In this document: positions 58,142 to 64,000 of the stretch, piece by piece
Position numbering within the stretch: the stretch's first letter is position 1
Layout of the letters: every line of letters begins with the position of its first letter
From: Bacteriovoracia bacterium
Lineage (GTDB): Bacteria > Bdellovibrionota > Bacteriovoracia > Bacteriovoracales > Bacteriovoracaceae
Length of the DNA stretch: 64,000 nt
NCBI GenBank assembly: GCA_046570105.1
Contig: JBKHVI010000004.1
Coordinates: 43,591-107,590 of the forward strand
Reading direction: 5' to 3'
Program-made: the position numbers and the translations under genes
The notes under the pieces: generated by a model
What the model was told of the DNA's origin: nothing
Databases searched by the model: none
Seen by the model: only the letters and a program-made list of their open reading frames with translations

Positions 58142-60321
58142 TATTTAACCAACTTACGAAGCGCATTCGTGACGTCTGAGACTTGGGGGAGGATAACCTC
58201 TTCCAAGTCAGGACAGTAAGCGACGTGCACATCTTGCGAAGCCACACGCAGAACCGGCGCATCTAGTAACTCAAAACACTCTTCATTCACGCGAGCACAA
58301 ATCTCACCGGCGTAGCCCGAAGTTTTATGTTCTTCATGAGCAACCAACAATCTGTTTGTTTTCGCCAATGATTTTTTGACCGTCTCCATATCAAACGGTG
58401 CAATTGTGCGTGCATCGATCACTTCAATCTCGAAACCTTCCTGAGCTAACTCTTTAGCAGCTTCGATAGATTTCTGGACCAAAGCTCCCCAGCAAACGAC
58501 TGTAGCGTGTTTGCCTTCGCGGGCGACACGGGCTTTACCAAACGGAATCATATACTCTTCGCCTGGATCAGCTGAGCGGTTGTAGCCTTGATAGTACAAA
58601 TGCTTGTGCTCCAAGAACATGACTGGGTCATCACAGCGAATAGCTGTGCGAAGAAGACCAATCGCATCTTGAGCATTAGAAGGGAATACGACGCGAATAC
58701 CTGGAACGTGACTGAAGAGGGATTCACCTGATTGTGAGTGGTACATAGCACCACCACGCAAATAACCACCAATTGGAACACGCACAACCATCGGACACTT
58801 GAAGTCACCACCAGAGCGATAGCGTGTCGTCGACATCTCGTTTTTGAGCTGCATATAAGCAGTCCAGATATAATCGAAGAATTGAATCTCTACGACGGGC
58901 TTAAGTCCACGCATCGCCATACCAATCGCACGGCCAATAATGTTGGCTTCAGCGAGTGGTGAGTTGAAGACTTGGCCAGGCTTGCCTGCTTTCTGAACAC
59001 CGTGAGTCACCTTAAATACGCCGCCCTTTCCTTTAAGATCCGGATTGTCGTATTTCTCAACTTCAGTGAAGTCAGCCACGTCTTCACCGAAAACCATCAT
59101 AAGAGGATTTTTCTTAATCTCACTCTTAAGAGTCATGTTGATCGCGGTCGCAAGAGGAATATCTTCTTTGCCAGTCATCTGAGCTTTGGTTTCAAACTCC
59201 GAGCTCGTGGGATCAACTTCGTGCGAATACAAGTGATCCATATAAGTTGATTTATCAGGCCAGGCAGTCGCCAGTGCTTGAGTCATGGCTTCACGAACTT
59301 CTTTATTCGCTTCATCCAACACTTCTGTGACTTCAGCTTGAGTCATCAAACCTGTATCAGTTAAGAAGCGTGGGTAAGCATTAAACACATCACGATAAGC
59401 TTCATCCGCAAGATCTTCTTTGGTGCGGTAGTAGCCGTGATCATCAGAAAGAGAGTGTGAATAAGGACGTGTGACTGTCGCATGCACCAGTGCAGGACCG
59501 TTACCTGCACGTAAGTATTTCTCTGCTTCGACCATGGTGTTGTAAGAGTCGATAGGACAGTTACCGTCACAATTGAAAATTTTAAGTCCAGGGAAATTCG
59601 CCAAAGCTACCGAGATCGAGGCACCCGGTGTCTGCACGCGAACAGGAACTGAAATGGCATAACCGTTGTCTTCTACCATGAACAAGACTGGCAGCTTGTT
59701 CACGCAAGCCGTAGTGAGCCCTTCCCAGAATTCACCTTGAGAAGTTGTGCCGTCACCAGTTGAAACATAAATGATCTCGCGGTCTTCATAGGCCGGAGAA
59801 TCTTTGAGTTTGTTTTTCTTAAGATGAAGACCCGCTTCCGCCAGACCGACAGCTTGTAAGAACTGTGTGCCAGTACAAGATGATTTAGAAACGATGTTCA
59901 ATCGCTTACAGCCCCAGTGTGCTGGCATCTGACGGCCATGAGAAGCCACATCACCGACGTTACCGTTGGCCTGACAAAGCATCTCGTACGGAGTCATACC
60001 AAGACCTAAGCAAAGCGCGCGGTCGCGGTAGTAACCGATAAACCAGTCATGAGCGGGCTTAAGCACACGGGCAGTTGCCGAAAGAATTCCTTCATGGCCC
60101 GCGCCTGAAATTTGGAAGAAGGCTTTGTTTTGCTTCTTCATCAGAATTTCGGTGTCGTCGGTTTTACGTGAAAGATAAATATTCTTCAAAAACCAGCGAA
60201 GATCGGTTTTTGCCAATTTATGTTTTTTGATGAGTTCAAGCTTCTTGTCGTACACAGCATTCCCCTTTTGGGCTTCGCTAGAGGTCTTCCCTGCTTTCGT
60301 TTCAGATGTGTTGGCGCGCAT
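58138..60321 (-). CDS. 2-oxoacid (branched-chain-type) dehydrogenase E1, alpha/beta fusion
   Basis: GHEG, YYRD, GRQMPAH, GDGTTSQGE...N TPP motif, HSLSDD; beta part FGEDV, EIQFFDY, YHSQ. Confidence 0.93.
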   Translation of the reverse strand: MRANTSETKAGKTSSEAQKGNAVYDKKLELIKKHKLAKTDLRWFLKNIYLSRKTDDTEILMKKQNKAFFQISGAGHEGILSATARVLKPAHDWFIGYYRDRALCLGLGMTPYEMLCQANGNVGDVASHGRQMPAHWGCKRLNIVSKSSCTGTQFLQAVGLAEAGLHLKKNKLKDSPAYEDREIIYVSTGDGTTSQGEFWEGLTTACVNKLPVLFMVEDNGYAISVPVRVQTPGASISVALANFPGLKIFNCDGNCPIDSYNTMVEAEKYLRAGNGPALVHATVTRPYSHSLSDDHGYYRTKEDLADEAYRDVFNAYPRFLTDTGLMTQAEVTEVLDEANKEVREAMTQALATAWPDKSTYMDHLYSHEVDPTSSEFETKAQMTGKEDIPLATAINMTLKSEIKKNPLMMVFGEDVADFTEVEKYDNPDLKGKGGVFKVTHGVQKAGKPGQVFNSPLAEANIIGRAIGMAMRGLKPVVEIQFFDYIWTAYMQLKNEMSTTRYRSGGDFKCPMVVRVPIGGYLRGGAMYHSQSGESLFSHVPGIRVVFPSNAQDAIGLLRTAIRCDDPVMFLEHKHLYYQGYNRSADPGEEYMIPFGKARVAREGKHATVVCWGALVQKSIEAAKELAQEGFEIEVIDARTIAPFDMETVKKSLAKTNRLLVAHEEHKTSGYAGEICARVNEECFELLDAPVLRVASQDVHVAYCPDLEEVILPQVSDVTNALRKLVKY

Positions 60322-60379
60322 GGTAAAATCCTTAGTTTCGGGATGCACCATCCTAATCAATCAGAGTCGAAAAATCTAT

Positions 60380-61417
60380 TCAGGGGTTCATTCGATTGTG
60401 CAGTTTTCGTAAGAGACGGCCTGCTTCATCGCGAGCACTGTCTAATATGCGGTTTTCAGTACATGTTTGAGAGGAAAAACTGTCTAAGATGCGCTCATAA
60501 TTGCTAGGAGATAAATCGGCTTTTTCTTCATAGCGGCGCAACACTTGATTCACCAGATAACGATAGCTCTCCACGACTGACAGATCCTTGGGAATAGCAC
60601 TCTCAGTCATAGCGGCTAAATCCTGCAAACATCCTTTATTTTCCTGAGCAGGGCGACGAGCATCTGAGACCACAAAACTCGCTTCTCCATCTCCGGCAAG
60701 CCGATCTCCGTCCAAAGTGACAAAATATTTCAAGTTGGTAGCTTGCTTTGATTTAATTTTGAAATAAGGTCCGGTATGCCCTGAAAAAGGTCCTTCAACA
60801 CTCACAAAAGATCGGTTCGTCTTTACTCGTAAATCAAAATCTTCGGAAGAGTAAATGGAATATCCCCGCATATCTTTAATAGAAACGTAAACCCTTAGAG
60901 CATCTTCTCCGTCAGAGCGGATGCGTTTTTTGTAAGTAAAACTTTGTGAGTTAAGAACATCCACTTCGTGAATTTGAAAATGAATTTGTTTAAAGTGCTC
61001 AACTCGCTGACCACCTATTACAAAACCGACTTTGATCACACTTTGTTCAGTAGTGAGCTCTAGTTTCACATCCCAAACTCCGGGGGAAATTCTTTTAATC
61101 CATGAGAGATTAGCTTCTCCCTCTAAAATCATCTCCGGAGGAACAGCACTATCCATTAAGTTGCCTTCTTGGTCTCGTACCGTCAGTCGATAGAGTCGAT
61201 GGGAGAAGCTGCCTTTTCTGACAAGCTTCCATTCTGAGCGCGAGAGACTGGGCGGTTTGCTATAAACTGGGGCCTTCGCCAACACTTCATCAGAAATAAC
61301 CGTGGCAGGAACACGTTTGAGTTGGTGACTCGTACCGGGCCAAAAATGGGGATCGGGCTGCATATGAGCACAGCCCCAAACAAAGAAGAGAATTAGAAGT
61401 TGAATATACCCAACCAT
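60380..61417 (-). CDS. Hypothetical lipoprotein with two Ig/invasin-like beta domains
   Basis: Lipobox VWGC; LTVRDQEGN and SDG...VSIKDMRG are reminiscent of Big/invasin repeats; helical Cys-containing tail. Confidence 0.65.
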   Translation of the reverse strand: MVGYIQLLILFFVWGCAHMQPDPHFWPGTSHQLKRVPATVISDEVLAKAPVYSKPPSLSRSEWKLVRKGSFSHRLYRLTVRDQEGNLMDSAVPPEMILEGEANLSWIKRISPGVWDVKLELTTEQSVIKVGFVIGGQRVEHFKQIHFQIHEVDVLNSQSFTYKKRIRSDGEDALRVYVSIKDMRGYSIYSSEDFDLRVKTNRSFVSVEGPFSGHTGPYFKIKSKQATNLKYFVTLDGDRLAGDGEASFVVSDARRPAQENKGCLQDLAAMTESAIPKDLSVVESYRYLVNQVLRRYEEKADLSPSNYERILDSFSSQTCTENRILDSARDEAGRLLRKLHNRMNP

Positions 61418-61495
61418 AGCTATCAAGCTTTTCGGCTGGGTATCGGAATTACTGAACTAAAAAGATCAACTGGAGGTGACCCTAAGTATCTATAA

Positions 61496-64000
61496 TTACA
61501 AAACCCTGAGTTCCGTTGCGACTTTAATTGGTCGCTCAACCTCAAGGCCTAGCCCTTTAAATATCGAGGACAGTTCGGAAGGACGAATCCCAGAACCTGC
61601 GGTAATCGCCGTTTTCACCATCACTCCCGGCATCTTGCAGGGTGAAACCTCATCGATGATATCCATCACATCTGAACTCAAATTCAATTGTCCGGCCGAA
61701 ACATCCAACAAAAGTGGCTTCACATCTTTCTCGATATTTCTTTCTTCTTTTTTAGAGAACGACTGAATGGTTAGTTTTTCCATTCCCTTCAAGTCAGCAA
61801 GAACCTTTTCCATTAATTCGCCGTTCTTCACCGGTAAGAAATAAGTAAACGAGCTCGCTTGATCTTGGATCGATGGAGTTTTTGAACTTATTTCTTCGAT
61901 ACTATGAAAAAGCAGACCTGGTTCAGCATGTTCACGCAATTTATTTAAGACGTAATCGAAATCCGTCCACGCCTCAGGAACACGTACATCAAAACTTTCA
62001 CTCAAAGAGCTAATACCTAGGGCAAGAGCTGGACCGAAAGATAGTAATGGGCGAACGTGATAACCTTCAGATCTTAACGTGTCCAGATCAGCACGTTTGA
62101 AAACTCGCGCCATAATTTTTTGTAAATCAAGGTGTGAAATAAAAGTGATGGGGCCTACTTTGGCAAAACTAATCCGGTACTTGAAGCCCGTGTTGTGGCC
62201 CTTCTTTTCACGGAAATCGAGAATATCTTTGCGTAAAACTTCTGGAGCGACATAGGGTACATCAGCGACTGCATCCATCTCACCTAAGAACTCACGGCGT
62301 TCCTCCACCATGCCCTTCAGGTCACAAGCAACACCGCAGTGATAACAAACAAGCTTCTTCTTATCGATGCTAAAAGTTTTCTCTAGTGCTTCAAGACTTG
62401 AATGGTGAACGATCATGCCTGCCACCTTTCCACAAGGCGGAGAAAGACGATTCTTAACTGCTTTTTTCCATTCAATTTCTAAGAAGCGATCTGTGAGGCC
62501 CACATCAATGTGACTCCAGGCAAGTTTGCCTTCAACAGGAATCGTGCCGAGGAAAATATCCGGATCAATGCCCGACTCTTCAACTGACTTGATCCAAAGA
62601 TCGTATTTAAATTGGTCGTCCCAACCATCGAAGCGTGCCCCACCTTTCCAGGCGGCATAGATGATGTTGGCAACGCGACGGTCACCGCGTGAAACAATAC
62701 CTTCAAGGTGACTGATCTTTGATACGTGCTTTCTGAAATTAAGTTTATATTCTTTAGCCAGCTGCCAGAGCATTTCTTGCTTACGTACAATCTCACTATG
62801 AGTAATCATCGCCGCCCACTGAAAAGGCGTGTGAGGTTTTGGAACAAATGAGGAAACTGAAACGGTAATCGCTGGGCTATGAACCCCCACTCGGCGAGCT
62901 GTTAAGCGCGCATCACGACCTGTTTCCATGATGGCACGAACATCCTCATCATCTTCTGTCGGAAGGCCAATCATGAAATAGAGCTTCATCTTGCTCCAGC
63001 CGCGCGAGAAAACATCGGCAGCGGTTTTCATCATGTCTTCGTTAGAAATATTTTTGTTAATCACATCACGCATACGCTGACTGCCGGCTTCTGGTGCAAA
63101 CGTGAGTGATGAGTTTTTGACTTCGGCGAGCTTGTCAAAAATGCGCTCATCCAAACCATAAGCACGCAAAGAGGAAATACCGAGGGTGGCATTTTCTTTT
63201 TGCAATTTATCGAGAAGTTCTAGCACTAAGGGAGTCACGGCCGAGTAATCAGCTGTTGAAAGACAGGTCAATGAAGCTTCGTCGAAGCCGCCATTTTTTA
63301 ATCCACTCATCACCATATCAATCACGCTCTCTGGTGAGCGCTCACGTACTGGGCGATAAATCATGCCCGCCTGGCAGAAGCGGCAACCTTCAGTACACCC
63401 TCGAGAAAGTTCTACAGAAAAGCGATCAAAGATCGCCGTCATGTGAGGGATCGGAGACTTCGTAGGAAACGGATAGTCCTTCAGTGATTCAATAATAAAG
63501 CGCTTCACGCGCTTAGGAAGAACCCCATCAAACTCAGGTTTCGGACCTGTCACAACTTCCATACGAGTCATGGGATCAATTTCAGTATCGTAAAATTTAG
63601 GAACGTAAATCCCAGGCCACTGAGCAATTTCAAAAAGGATGGTGTCGCGTTTTTTTCCTGCCGCACGAGATGTTCCGATAAAGTGAACTAACTCTCCAAT
63701 CAGTTTTTCACCATCGCCAACGACGACGAAATCTAAGAATGGGGCCAACGGCTCAGGGTGAGTCGCGCAGGGCCCACCGGCCGTGACAAAGGGATCATCT
63801 TCACTGCGATCTTTTGTCCAAACAGGAATTCCACCCAGTTCAAGCATATTCAAAATATTTGAATAGCTCATTTCATACTGAAGGCTGAAGCCGACAATAT
63901 GAAAATCTTTAAGTGGTTTGAAGTTTTCTAATGTAACGAGAGGAAGATTTCTTTCGCGCAGTTCTTTCTCCATATCGACCCATGGAGCAAAACAGCGTTC
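61496..64000 (-). CDS. B12-binding radical SAM protein (TIGR03960-like) fused to a TIGR03936/DUF2344 domain; N-terminus beyond the window
   Basis: GFSLQYE, AGGP, RGCTEGCRFCQAG, TFAPEAGS, FVPKPHTPFQW; C-terminal FISHLD, SEGYHVRP, FGPALALG. Confidence 0.9.
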   Translation of the reverse strand, partial: ERCFAPWVDMEKELRERNLPLVTLENFKPLKDFHIVGFSLQYEMSYSNILNMLELGGIPVWTKDRSEDDPFVTAGGPCATHPEPLAPFLDFVVVGDGEKLIGELVHFIGTSRAAGKKRDTILFEIAQWPGIYVPKFYDTEIDPMTRMEVVTGPKPEFDGVLPKRVKRFIIESLKDYPFPTKSPIPHMTAIFDRFSVELSRGCTEGCRFCQAGMIYRPVRERSPESVIDMVMSGLKNGGFDEASLTCLSTADYSAVTPLVLELLDKLQKENATLGISSLRAYGLDERIFDKLAEVKNSSLTFAPEAGSQRMRDVINKNISNEDMMKTAADVFSRGWSKMKLYFMIGLPTEDDEDVRAIMETGRDARLTARRVGVHSPAITVSVSSFVPKPHTPFQWAAMITHSEIVRKQEMLWQLAKEYKLNFRKHVSKISHLEGIVSRGDRRVANIIYAAWKGGARFDGWDDQFKYDLWIKSVEESGIDPDIFLGTIPVEGKLAWSHIDVGLTDRFLEIEWKKAVKNRLSPPCGKVAGMIVHHSSLEALEKTFSIDKKKLVCYHCGVACDLKGMVEERREFLGEMDAVADVPYVAPEVLRKDILDFREKKGHNTGFKYRISFAKVGPITFISHLDLQKIMARVFKRADLDTLRSEGYHVRPLLSFGPALALGISSLSESFDVRVPEAWTDFDYVLNKLREHAEPGLLFHSIEEISSKTPSIQDQASSFTYFLPVKNGELMEKVLADLKGMEKLTIQSFSKKEERNIEKDVKPLLLDVSAGQLNLSSDVMDIIDEVSPCKMPGVMVKTAITAGSGIRPSELSSIFKGLGLEVERPIKVATELRVL

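Overview
A gene-dense bacterial chromosomal segment. Its content (Agl-Glt gliding cluster, AddAB, many secreted hypothetical proteins, TIGR03545/03546 pair) suggests a predatory Bdellovibrionota such as Bacteriovoracaceae; this is inference. Housekeeping genes include groEL (partial), groES, polA, trxA, gmhA, addAB, hslO, hisS, valS, fabI, a hisC-like/FAH/hmgA cluster, a fused 2-oxoacid dehydrogenase E1 and a partial radical SAM protein. I see no rRNA, tRNA or CRISPR array. The best candidate for an undescribed system is a secreted HExxH-metallopeptidase/DUF4105 (His/Cys) fusion enzyme translationally coupled to two paralogous secreted proteins (55462-58141). Other notable items: a ClC gene split by a -1 frameshift at an A7 run; a solitary Y1/HUH transposase whose SD and start codon lie in a hairpin; an unannotated 37-aa secreted peptide gene; a secreted protein-glutaminase-like enzyme; an alkaline-phosphatase-fold lipoprotein lacking catalytic residues; and a 20-Cys secreted protein operon. 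All family calls come from motif recognition by eye, without database searches.
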